A stretch of DNA of 64,000 bases, from contig NC_043012.1 in assembly GCF_006345805.1 (NCBI RefSeq), positions 34,100,001 through 34,164,000 on the forward strand, written 5' to 3'. Made by a program: the position numbers and the translations under genes. The notes beneath the pieces were generated by a model. That model was not told the DNA's origin. It ran no database searches and saw nothing but the letters and a program-made list of their open reading frames with translations. Positions 24,816 through 36,596 of the stretch are shown piece after piece (the stretch's first letter is position 1; the number at the start of each line of letters is the position of its first letter). Source of the DNA: Octopus sinensis. Its lineage: Eukaryota.

Positions 24816-26413
24816 TATGAGGAGATACCCAAAAGTAACCAGAAACATTCTCTGTGAGACAAACCTGCTGTAGTTCAGGTTTCTCGTCTTTGTTTTGCAG
24901 TGTTTTTCCCCTGTTTGATGATTTTGCGATGGCTGGAATGAAGGAACAGCTTGCTTCCGTGAAATTCTGTTTTCTGCTGGAGAAAAGGGCAGCTAAAACA
25001 GTTGTCATGCTTCAAACAGTTTACAAGAGTGCTACCACAAGCAAAACACAAGTTTATGAGTGGTTTTCACACTTTAAGAATGGTCGCTTATCGCTTGAAG
25101 ACCAACCTCATTTAAGGCAACAGTCTACCTCCTGAACAAATGAAAATTCATGAACTGATCTTGGAGGGTGATCGCCAAACAATTGATGAACTTGTTAATA
25201 TGACTGGTGTATCCTGGAGCTCCTGCCAACGAATTTTGAGCAAGGAATTGCGAATGAAAAGAGTTCTAGCAAAATTTGTGCCTTGCTTGCTCATGGAAGA
25301 TCAAAAGCAGTCACGACTGAACATGTGTTGTGAACTGAAAGAACAGTTGGAAGTTAATCCAGACCTTTCTTTGAAGGTCATCATTGGTGACAAAAGCTGG
25401 CACTAGAGAATTTGCAGATGTGGAAGAGGTGAAGAAAAAAACCCGACGGAGGCATTAAAAGGCATCACACTTTGCAAGAGTTTCAGGATTACTCTGAGCA
25501 GTGGAAAATGCATCTGGACTGATGCATTGCTTCAAATGGAGAATATTTTGAAGGTGATAAAGCTGTTAACATGTAAAACTATGCAGAGCTAATGCAGTTT
25601 TACACCTCTCCTTGAAAAATGCATTTTTTTGAAAAACTTTTTCTGGATTCCTATGTTTTAGATGTCAGAGATGACAAATATACAAAAGAATTTTTAACCC
25701 CCCCCCCCATCAAAATTTTTGATTTTGTTTACTTTAAAGAGATCATAGCAAGCATATGCAAATCAAAATTAAATACAGATAAAAAACATTAAAGTGAAAA
25801 GAATTTGCATTTCACTTGTGTTTTGCCTTAAATAATCATAAATAATAATTTAATGTAAATTAATTATACACCATTTTATGAGAAACAAGCAATGTTTAAT
25901 AATTAATGTCATAAAGTTTAATAAGGGGCTCAAATTCCACCCCTCTTCCAATTTTAAATTTTGAACTTTTCCATCCATTTATTTATTTATCTGTCTTGTC
26001 CATTTATTTATAAGATATATTTGTCAACTAAATGTGGCGATCCTATAGAAGACGGTGTTACTGTTGTTTTTAGCCCCAGGAAGACATTCATATCTATCTC
26101 TTTATACACATATCTATGTGCTTATTAAATTTAAAATTTTGAAAACATGGTTTCTTGCATATTCGGAATCTCTCTCAGTTAAAACATTGGGGAAAAATTT
26201 TGATAAAGTTCTAAATTTTATTTGGGGGGGGGGGGGGAATTTTTTTTAAATGTTTGTTTTTTTCTGCATATTTATAATTTCCAACATCTAAAACGTAGGA
26301 ATATGAAATTTTTTTTTAAATGCATTTTTCAAAGAGAGGTGTGAAACTGCATTAGCCCCAACCATGGAAATAAAATATGGTAAAATTCTGGTTTCTTTTG
26401 GGTACCCCTCATA
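24816..26413 (+). mobile_element. mariner element with internally deleted transposase
   Basis: TA|TGAGGAGATACCCAAAAGTAACCAGAA and TTCTGGTTTCTTTTGGGTACCCCTCA|TA TIRs; MKEQLASVKFCFLL..VYEWFSHFKNG, AKFVPCLL..IIGDKSW joined directly to the C-terminal RFADVEEVK..CIASNGEYFEGD. Confidence 0.9.
25586..26359. mobile_element. Long-TIR MITE (Mutator-like) nested in the mariner
   Basis: TIRs GAGCTAATGCAGTTTTACACCTCTCCTTGAAAAATGCAT / ATGCATTTTTCAAAGAGAGGTGTGAAACTGCATTAGCCCC extending imperfectly over 100 bp; decayed 9-bp TSD AACTATGCA / AACCATGGA. Confidence 0.75.
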
Positions 26414-26439
26414 CACATCTATGTATGTGTGTATCTTCT

Positions 26440-26652
26440 TGTCGAATCACTAAATTATGGGGGACACACTGAAACCAGTTGTCAAGCAGTGGTGGGGGGA
26501 CGAAGATGTGCGCGTGCGCACACACACACACACACACAACAGGTTTCTTTCTACCAAATTCAATCACGAGGCTTTGGTCAGCCTGAGTCTATAGAAGACA
26601 CTTGCCTGTTGTGCCACATGGTTCTGGGATTAAACCCAGAACCATGTGGTTG
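26440..26652 (-). mobile_element. SINE family A, decayed (a + strand head lies at 24648-24815)
   Basis: GGCTTTGGTCAGCC...AGAAGACACTTGCC...AACCCAGAACCATGTGGTT. Confidence 0.7.
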
Positions 26653-27047
26653 ATAAAAGATGTAAACATCTGAAGAAACCAATAAAGCAGTATATTTGAA
26701 TGAAAGTACCATCTGACATGGGTATTCCACCCAAGTTGCAAACATACTTTTATCACTTGCCACCATAAGTGCAGTTAACTAAATGATTGACCCATCATAA
26801 ACCTTTAACCAAGGAGTACAGAAGCATTTTGAAATTAATCAACCCAGGCCATTCTCACTAGACTTTAGCTACATACATGCCAGACTATAATCTTGCATGG
26901 TCTGTGAGAGGATTAAGGGATTTCACTAATTCAGAACAAATTTCATAAAGAAAATACCCTAAATATAGAAGAGGACCAAAAATACTCAAACAAATCTATA
27001 GCAACAGCCAAGTACACACACACACACACAAACTAAATACCTACGTA

Positions 27048-27122
<75 letters not shown>

Positions 27123-27859
27123 TGAGTAGAAAATAGTTGAATCAGTTGAACATCAAACAAAATACTCTGTGGTGTCTGGATACTTCCATTTCCAGTCTGA
27201 GTCCAAATCCAGCTCAAGTTGACTTTGCCTTTTGTCCTTCTGAGATCAATAAAATACCAGTGGTATCCTGGGATCTTTACAGTAAACTGTACCCCACAAT
27301 AGCCACAGTTCTGACTGAAACCAGTAAAAGAATACATATGTTGTTACATCACAATCATCATCACTTTCACATTTGCATTTCCATTCTGGTATGGGTTGTA
27401 TGGATCACAGTATCTCACCACTTGCTGTAATTCTTTACCATCTAGCAGCAAGTAATAAAAAAAAAAACTATTTTCTTAGTTGTGTATGTCATGGCTGGAT
27501 GCCTTGCCTACAACCAACCACTTTATAGCATCAACAAGGTGTATTTTACCCTTCCACAGCACCAGAGCATTTGTTGGCACCAGGACTAAAATGTTTTCTG
27601 TACCCATTTAGGCAACAATCCAAAATGCAAAACTAGCAAAAGAATGTGTGTATGTGTGTTTGTGAATGGGTGTTTATATATATATAAAATGTCATAGGGT
27701 ACATAGCTTTCATTATACACCCATACACACACAAGTCATTAAGAAAGAAAGATAGTTGAAATCTTAGATCCTTATAATGAGGTCTACATCATGTATGAAG
27801 TACAATGAGATATAGAAGTTCACTGAAACCGTATTGTAGATGAATCATCAAATTCGATG

Positions 27860-28392
27860 ACTGGCGTCCGTGCTAGTGGGGTGCAAAGAGCACCATACGA
27901 GTGTGATCATTGACAGAGCGGCTAACTGGCTACCATGCCAGTGGCTCTAAAAAGGCACCATTCGAGCGTGATCGTTACCAACGTTGCACTACTGGCACTC
28001 GAGCCCCGTGCTAGTAGAGTATTAAGAGCACCATCCGAGCATGATCGTTGCCAGAGCGGCTATCTGGCCTCCGTGCCAGTGGCACGTAAAAAACACCATT
28101 CGAGTATGATCATTACCAATGTTGCCTTACTGGCACCTGTGCCGGTGGCATGTGTAAAAGATTCAAGCGAGGTCATTGCCAGTACTGCCTGACTGGCCCC
28201 CATGCCGGTGGCACATAAAAAGCACCCACTACACTCTCGGAGTGGTTGGCTTTAGGAAGGGCATCCAGCAGTAGAAACTCTACAAGATCAAGATTGGAGC
28301 CTGGTGCAGCCATCTGGTTCGCCAGCCCTCAGTCAAAATCGTCCAACCCATGCTAGCATGGAAAGCAGACGTTAAACGATGATGATGATGAT
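27860..28392 (+). mobile_element. RTE 3'-tail-derived repeat with expanded unit array
   Basis: About 7 GTGC..G.GGCAC-A(4-6)-GCACC-like units, then the standard tail. Confidence 0.85.
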
Positions 28393-29529
28393 TAATTACA
28401 ATGAAGAGGATTCGGGCACAAAATAATTCATAAACAGAATATCATCAATATACTTAAATATACTTTATGTATAAACTTTATAACTGAGGAGTGAAAAAAG
28501 CCAAGTGGTGAATAGAATTGAAAAGAAAAACGAACAGAAAGAAAATCTAAAAACAGAAACCTTATGAAGCAGAATTTAGAGAAAAATAGTAAATCTTTAT
28601 TTCTGCAGCTGTCACTGCGAAAACATGGAGAAAGAAAAATCAACACATCTCTTCCAGCTGAACTATTTTACTTTAAGCTTTATGTGTGTGTGTGAGTGTG
28701 TGCATTGTCCCCCACGGCGCTCTCTCTCTCTCTCTATCCCTCTGCCTTAATGTAAAATCATTGACAACAGCTGTAGATTGCAAGTTCCTGAGAAAATTTT
28801 TGTTCCACTTTCTTGTAGTTAGATCACTTGCTCTGATAATTTCGTAGTCGACTATTTTACAGCATTAGTGCATGGCAGGAATATATATCAACCAATATGT
28901 AGCATGGAATCTAAGAAACTTGTCCTATAGATATGTGTCAGGGTGTACTATCAACAGACGAGGTACTTACACATTTAATACACATTTAATAAAGATGATT
29001 TATTGCTTCAAGTTAATCATTCTCTTTCTCACTTTTACATGTGTCTGTGTGTATACATACATTTTTACGCTAGCATGAAAAGCAGACGTTAAACAACGAT
29101 GATGATGATGAATAGGGTATGCTAAAGTGGGGACACAAACAATTTATTTTCTTTTTCTTTTATATTTTGATAGTCCAGAAAGTTATAATCTTAAAATTAA
29201 CACCAGTTTTTAATTCTTAGCTCATTAATAAAAATAAGAATCAAAATAAGAGTGTAAAAATTAGATATCTGACAAATTGAAAAAAAAAAGAAGAAAAAAT
29301 TGTTTTCCTCTCTAATGCTTGGCCTCATTATTAGAGGCAGCCATCTGCAAGTGTCATAACGAGTTGAGTATGTGGAACTAATCATTAACTTTCACATCCA
29401 CCCATTTATTACGAATCAACACGCAACATAACATTATTATCTAAAATATAGAAACTCACTGGGAAAGACACAGGGAAAGAGAACAAAATGAAAGGAAAAA
29501 AAGGTCACCAGCAATAGAACAAGTATTAC

Positions 29530-29750
29530 AGAGGTGGTGGCCATTGTAATACAAGTTGTGATGGTTGTAGCAGTAGAAGTAGTGGTGGTGGTGAATGTTA
29601 CAGCAGTAGTAGTAGCAGCAGTGAAAAAGAAAGAAAAACACCTTGAAGGCAGAACAAAGAAAACAAAAAAGTTCAAGGCAAAGGAAAAAAATATAAAAAT
29701 GACAATGAGAAAACGGGAAGAGGAGAAAGAGTTAAAAAAAAAAGAGTAGG
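29530..29750. repeat. Low-complexity (GTG/GTA) and A-rich tract
   Basis: Decayed trinucleotide repeats. Confidence 0.7.
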
Positions 29751-30379
29751 GAAAGTAGAAATAATACATAATCACTGGTAAAACTGGTGTTAGATGGCCA
29801 AGATCAGTAAAGTAACCGTTATTATTTGGCCCCAGGTCAGCCTGGATCTGGCAGAAATTTTATTTTAAAATATTGGCTCTGTAACAACTGCTGGTTCAGG
29901 TCAAACCTGTGTATCCCTGATTTTAGAATAGGTAAACTGTAGCCCTGTGTGTCATTAGATGTAATTAAAAAGGGGTTAACATCAGAAAGGGCAGCTGCAA
30001 AATACTTTGAAAAGCCACATCCAACCCATACCAGCAAGGAGTAACCTATGAAATTAAAGCTTTTACATCACTCAAAATAGATATTTATTTCCCTTTAGGG
30101 ATCCAAACATCAATTTTTAATGCCCATCTACACTCTCTCAGCTTTTTTGACATACTTATCCACTACTTCCCTCAGCTCTTTAATGTATGTGTATCTATTT
30201 GTCTAGTAAACTGTGGGTAATTGCCCCACCCCCACCACCACCACCCTTTATTCTACCTTCCATGTAAATAGACACTGTATAAGATATTACACTCTCCAGT
30301 TTCAATCTCTTCAGATTATTCAGTTTGTATGGAGAGAGAAATTCCTTGAGATTTGTCCATGTCAGCCAACATCTCAAGT

Positions 30380-30760
30380 GATTGGACTGAAGATTTGGTT
30401 CAGGTGAAACCTTCAGGTGGATAAGAACTAGGGTTAAGGTTAGAAGCAGAGAGGCTAATCTTGCACTGAAATAGGCTGAGATGAAAATATCCCTGAAAAG
30501 TGAGACAGAGGTGACAAACATATCCTTTGCACTCTACAATTGCCTGACCCAGGCTTTACTTGACTAGGCTGTTGTGTCTGCTCTTTTGCTTGTTGTGAAA
30601 TGAACATATTCCACTAGTCAGAAGGTTCGGCTGCTGCCAACTATCTCTGTGGTAAGTACTGTAAACCATGGCTGGCAACATGCAGAAATAGTCATGGCAG
30701 AGGCATCTGCAGAAAGACCTGGATTATAAAGTATGGTTGCAATAAAGTATGGTGATATAC
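30380..30760 (+). mobile_element. Tx1/L1-clade LINE ORF2 internal fragment, decayed
   Basis: LKIWF...LQVDKN..KV...ISLKSETEVTN and LTRLLCLLFCLL*NEHIPLVRRFGCCQ resemble Tx1 post-RT motifs. Confidence 0.5.
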
Positions 30761-31019
30761 ACTTTCCTGCAATTTGTCACTATGACAGAACTGCAGTATT
30801 GGGTCAAAAGAAGACCAAAACTAAGTACCTGATATTGGGAATGTTCTCCACATACAGAGTGTGTGGTTAGCAAGAGTGATGAAGTTCACGGGGAAACCTT
30901 GAGTTTAGGTGAAGACCAAATTGAACAGCTTACTCCAAAGGACAACTAGTAGTTTTCTTCTGTGTGGTGGTGGTGACGACAACAGTGTGTATGAGATAGA
31001 AATTATATAAAAATATACT

Positions 31020-31760
31020 TCTAAGTGTTAATGAAAGAATTAACTCAATGAGTGAAAGGCAAATTATATGACGCCTGTGTACGGACAGCTACACTACATA
31101 GCAATGAGACATGGGCTATGACTACTGAAAGAAATGAAGCCAGTATGCTTCAATGTCAGTGTGCATATATGACAGAGTGTAAGTGATTTGAGAAAAACTG
31201 GGTATACATAGCATCAGATGTAGTGTGCAAGAGAGAAGACTGAACTGGTATGGCCATGCAATGCATATGAAGACAGTTACATCAAAAGGTGCCAAGCTCC
31301 AATTGTTGAGGGAACATGTGGGTAGACCCAGGAAGATGCAGGACAACTGGTAAAAAAACCTACAGACGGAACTCACAGAGGTGATGACAAGGGACCAAGA
31401 CGCCTGGCAGTTTACTGTGCTTGAAAAGACACATCAAGCTCAGTAAAAGCATGGTTGCCCTTGCATGCAAGCTTGTCCCCTACAATTCTCTCCAGTTGAG
31501 CATCCCTAATATTGCAGGCTTTTAGGTGCTGGTACCATGTAAAAAACACCCAGGATGGTGCTGCATAAAAAACACTCATGCCGATACTGCATAAAAGTGC
31601 CCAGTACTCTGTGAACTGGTTGGTGTTAGGAAGGGCATCCAGCTATAGAAACCATACCAAAACAGACATGGAGCCTAAACATCCCTTCAGCTGGTCAGCT
31701 CCTGTCAAACTGTCCAACCCATGCCTGCATGGAAAACGGATGTTAATTGATGATGATATA
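31020..31760 (+). mobile_element. RTE 3' end plus tail, decayed
   Basis: VKGKLYDACVRTATLHSNETWAMT, IRCSVQERRLNWYGH, GRPRK; tail CTGTCCAACCCATGCCTGCATGGAAAACGG. Confidence 0.8.
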
Positions 31761-32199
31761 TATATATATATATAAATATATATATATATATTTGCATATA
31801 TACATATATTTGCATGTATATATATTTGCAGACAGACAGACAGAGATTCAAATATGAAATAGAAGCATTGCTACTGTAATAAATATTATCAACCGTATAT
31901 ATACTTAATACACACTGAGAATGTATCTACCTGTAGGCTGCAATTCAGCACGCTGCAGAATACTCTCTCAAAGTACTGGGTGTTAAAACACCTGAAAATC
32001 ATGGACAGGCAAGACAACTCATCTCTAATCCCATCTAGGAGAGATGGACATCTATGTTTCGTCATTTTGTGGCTTGTCAACATTACGTATCTGAACAGAA
32101 TTGGAGAGGAATCATTTCACCAGTTCATGACTTAAGCACACAGCGTGCAAACCATGCAATATTATGCCTGAAACCCACAAGCTGCATATCGCAGAATGA

Positions 32200-32748
32200 A
32201 AAGCAATACTGTCAAGTTAGTAAATGCTTCTCCTCCTAAAGACCTGGAGTTATTCTGACAGAGAATCTGGAATGTAAACAAAAGACACGGCTGTGATGCA
32301 GCATTGTTAAACAACCTACAAAGTGAGTGTTGTGCAAATGCCTCTCCCAAAACATATAACATCACCAGTGAAACATTCCTGACATGAAATTGCCAAATGG
32401 AAAAATCACTTGGGAGGGGCCTGATAGTAGGCTACTGGTAGAAAAAGCTCACACACTACAGGAAAATTCTCACAAACCTGTTTTTTAAAAAAATGGACAT
32501 TGAGCAAGATAGACCAGATTGGCTGACAGTTGCACTGACTGCTCTTGTTCCCAAGAACAAAGAGACCCGTGTGACTAAAAAAAAAAGACCCACAGCATGC
32601 TTGGATGTTATGTACAAACTGTACACAGGCTGTCTGAATATGCTTCTCCAAGACCACAGCCAAACAAATGGTGTAATAATGATGAACAGGTAGGAAGAAA
32701 GAAAGCAGACTGGGGCTGTGCTCAACAGCTCCTTCTCAACAAAACTGC

Positions 32749-32750
<2 letters not shown>
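32200..32750 (+). mobile_element. R4/Dong LINE RT N-terminal fragment
   Basis: PDWLTVALTALVPKNKET...RPTACLDVMYKLYTG..EQVGRKKADWGCAQQLLLNKT. Confidence 0.8.
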
Positions 32751-32834
<84 letters not shown>

Positions 32835-32992
32835 CATCATCGTTTAATGTCTGCTTTCCATGCTAGCATGGGTTGGACGATTGTGACTGAAGGCTGGTGA
32901 ACCAGATGGCTGCACCAGGCTCCAATCTTGATTTGGCAGAGTTTCTACAGCTGGATGCCCTTCCTAACGCCAACCACTCCGAGAGCGTAGTG
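32835..32992 (-). mobile_element. RTE 3'-tail repeat, truncated, between (TA)n tracts
   Basis: Family match. Confidence 0.85.
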
Positions 32993-33037
<45 letters not shown>

Positions 33038-33045
<8 letters not shown>

Positions 33046-34045
33046 GAATGGAGGCAATACGAACAGAAAACTAGAGGAACATGACCTATTATCCAATAGA
33101 ATATTCAGTATATATGTGTACTTTCTTTGACATTAATAAATCAATATAAAGTTCGAAATAATATTAGTATTAAAAACATACAAGCATATAAACATATAAA
33201 TATTTAATATTTAAAAACACGCAAAGATTTTTTTTCGAATTGGCTAGAATGTAATGATGTGAGTTGTCCTTTTCTATGTTGTTTTCATTGTGTCTTTTGT
33301 GTTGTGGAGTATCCTGATGAGGGGAGTGTCTGTTTCCAATAAATCTGAATTCTATGTCGTATTATCTGACATGTCTCCAAAATGGCCCGTCGATGAAACT
33401 TTTGGATCCACTGAACATAATCTTTGTATATTAGTATGTCCTTTTATATTTTATAATTTCAACCTTTCCACTTTGTATCAGACTTTCCCTTTTGTATCTT
33501 ATCGTGTGAATTAATAATTCACTATATCTTATATCATACTGATGTCTTCTATTTTGACTGCGTATTTATTTATATTTATAAATATTTTTAAATACCTACA
33601 AGTTTTCAAACATCTTATATGCTTGTGTTGTAACTTATAAATTATTATTCCGTTATATCATATCGTGTGGAGTTACAATTCACTATATCTTATATCATAT
33701 CGACGTTTTTTATATCTATGTATCTATTTATGTGTTAATATATTTTTTAAATGCCTACATATTTTAAAATATTTGCGTGTTTTTAAATATTAAACATTTA
33801 TATGTTTATGTGCCTGTATGTTTTTAATACTAATATTATTTCAAACTTTATATTGATTTATTAATGTCGAAGAAAGTACACATATATACGGAATATTATA
33901 TTGGATAATAGGTCATGTTCCTCTAGTTTTCCGTTCGTATTGCCTCCATTCAAATTATAAATTGGAACTTAGCTCAATTTGAGCACTTCAAGTCAAGCCT
34001 GTTTCTGAGCATTGTTAAGGTTAACAATCTCTATATAAAATAGTA
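33038..34045 (+). mobile_element. Fold-back element: about 194-bp inverted arms (33038-33231 / 33766-33959) plus tail, flanked by (TA)n; probable PLE pLTR
   Basis: Arms align as reverse complements; spacer contains CTGATGAGGGG (33314) and a direct repeat (about 33500 and 33661). Confidence 0.6.
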
Positions 34046-35306
34046 TTATATATATATATATAATATATATATATATATGCATACATATGTATAAGCACAC
34101 ATTATATAAAGACATAGAATATCCAGCTACAATTTGGAAATCTAGATTACATAACCATTCTTCTTTTAGTTTAGGAGCAAATGTAATTCTGTGAAGTTTA
34201 GTAAATGCATTTGGGATTTGAAAGACAGAAACATGAACTATGATATAAAGTGGCCCATTATTAGTTATGCTCCATTGTACAATACTAGTAATTTTAAATG
34301 TGATCTTTGCTTAGAGGAGCTATATAATTACTTCAAAATTAAAATTATCAAATTCTAGAACCAGTCTCATGTGGAAATGTTCACATAAATATAAAGAAAC
34401 ATTTATATATTTCAATAGTAAATAACAACTTCATAATAATTGCTTTTCCTATAATCAAATAAGCATAATTTCTCTAATTTTTTTTAGCATTCATAAATAG
34501 CTAGATAACTAATATACTGTAGGAAAAGCCAGTTCAGTATTCAACCGTTTAACAGTTTAGTATTTAGGCGTATAAAGTAATTAATAAAAGAATAGAAAAT
34601 AAACATAGAAATTTTACATCATGACCTAAATGTCTCAACATGAAATTTCTACGCTTATTTTTTTATTCTTTCGTTATCTTTTGATGTCATCCTAAGCTTA
34701 AATACTAAACTAGTTTTTCCTAGAATCTATTTCTTCCTAATATTCTTTTTGTATGCATTTATGTACTATTGACGTTATTTCAGTTTACTTTCATTTTAAC
34801 CTGTTTTGGGGTCACATTGATAGCGTTGTGTCAGCTGAATGTCCAAAGAAATTGCTCTAAGTGATATTTTGTACCTTTTATCTCTATCTAAACATGTGAG
34901 CACAATAGAAACGACAGTCAGTCCTGTGTGGTATAATCATCAAATAAAGATATATTCTCCATTTTTGTTCATGTTGTTATATACACATCATCATCATACA
35001 CACACATATATAGGTACAACACCAACTTTGATCTAGAACCACTGATGGTCTAGAACCTCTCATAGTCTGCAGCAACTTATAACCAGGGATTTCGAATTCC
35101 TACAACAACCAAAGTAATTCACTAGTACATCACACAGTCCAGTATTAATAAACTTGTATCATTTGCACTAATGTACAGGTAAGTACTTGTATTTCATTTA
35201 ACTTTTAAGTAAATTTAATATTTGCTTAGTTTAGAGGGTGCTGGTTCAGAAAAATCAGTAATTGAGAAAGGTTTTGGAAAATCAACATTGCATCTGTACA
35301 CACACA

Positions 35307-35348
<42 letters not shown>

Positions 35349-36205
35349 ATAGTGTGCATAGTGTGCATAGTGTGCGCGTATAGTGTGTCAGGTCACTGGA
35401 AGCATAATTCAGTATGGTTTGTTCCCTGTTTGGGTCATCACTGACTAAGCTGGCATTCCCATAAGGGTAGCCAAGTGAAGAGGTTGCTTGAAAAGGTAGC
35501 AGGATAAAACAAAACCTGTCAAAAGGTAGGATGAACCCAACATAAGGTGAATGACTAACGACAGTACGCAGGGAAAAAATGATTTCATTGACTCCACAAC
35601 CATAATATTCATTCATCACAGCCTAAATAAAATCCATCCAAGTCTCAGTTATTCACTAAAATATTGTAGAAAATTGTATTAAAATAAATTTAAAAACTTG
35701 CTGAAATCATTTTGTATGGATCACTAATTATTTATATAGAATTATTGAAATCCACTTTGTGGTGAATATTCATACATGATGAGTGTAATATAGGTTGTGT
35801 TGCACACACACACACACAACACACAGAGGCAGAGGTAACCTACAGAGGCAAAGTAAAACAATTAGCACAGTGAGACAAACTGCTGGAACATCCCACTACG
35901 ATGAGATGAAGCAATGCCTGCCAATGCTGAGAATAATTGGGTTGTTGTTATTCAGTGATACCCATTAGCATAATCTCATCAAAAGACAAATGCTTAAGTT
36001 AGTGAATTCTTTATCCCAAAAGAAAGTTATTGTGTCATTTCTTTTTTTCAAAAAAAAAAGGAAGCTGCTAAATGACTAAATCAACACATCGTCATCATTT
36101 TAAAATGTCCTAGGTTCACATAGGCTGCACAAAAATTATATCTGCTTAAATTAGCTTCTCCCAATAATTGAGCAGAGATCACTGTTAAACCATAGAACAA
36201 AACCT

Positions 36206-36485
36206 CATCATCATCATTGTTCAACCGTGGTCGAGACAATGGAATTTACTATGTTACACAGAGGAGGTCCTGTTGCTGGATGCCTGAATCCCTGGAGATT
36301 ACATCAGGGTAGGAGAGTGTGCACCCTCCGGTATTGCAAGCAGATGGCTTCCAGAGGAGAAGAGTAGAAATGACCTCGTTTTCAGTTCTACAACAATATC
36401 CAGCAAACTGGACTCTTCTACCTTTCCCAAGATATGATACAGGTGGTAATTTCCCATATATTTGTACTTTGGTTGGATGACCCAC
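36206..36485 (-). mobile_element. RTE/RTEX-type LINE 3' end
   Basis: Homologous to 22296-22652, with (TGA)n tail. Confidence 0.85.
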
Positions 36486-36596
36486 AATAGTGTATGAAGT
36501 AGATCTTCATTAGAGGTTTAGGTCTTAAAGGGTCATTATAACTGAGAAGCTGTTAAAAATACCAAACTGGTGTAGGCATGAGCTATGATAACACTA

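Noticed and set aside
29437-29775. Hydrophobic and Lys-rich ORFs
   Set aside because: Low-complexity trinucleotide and A-rich decay
35215-35619. 134-aa minus ORF
   Set aside because: Runs through (CA)n, no recognisable domain and no splice donor
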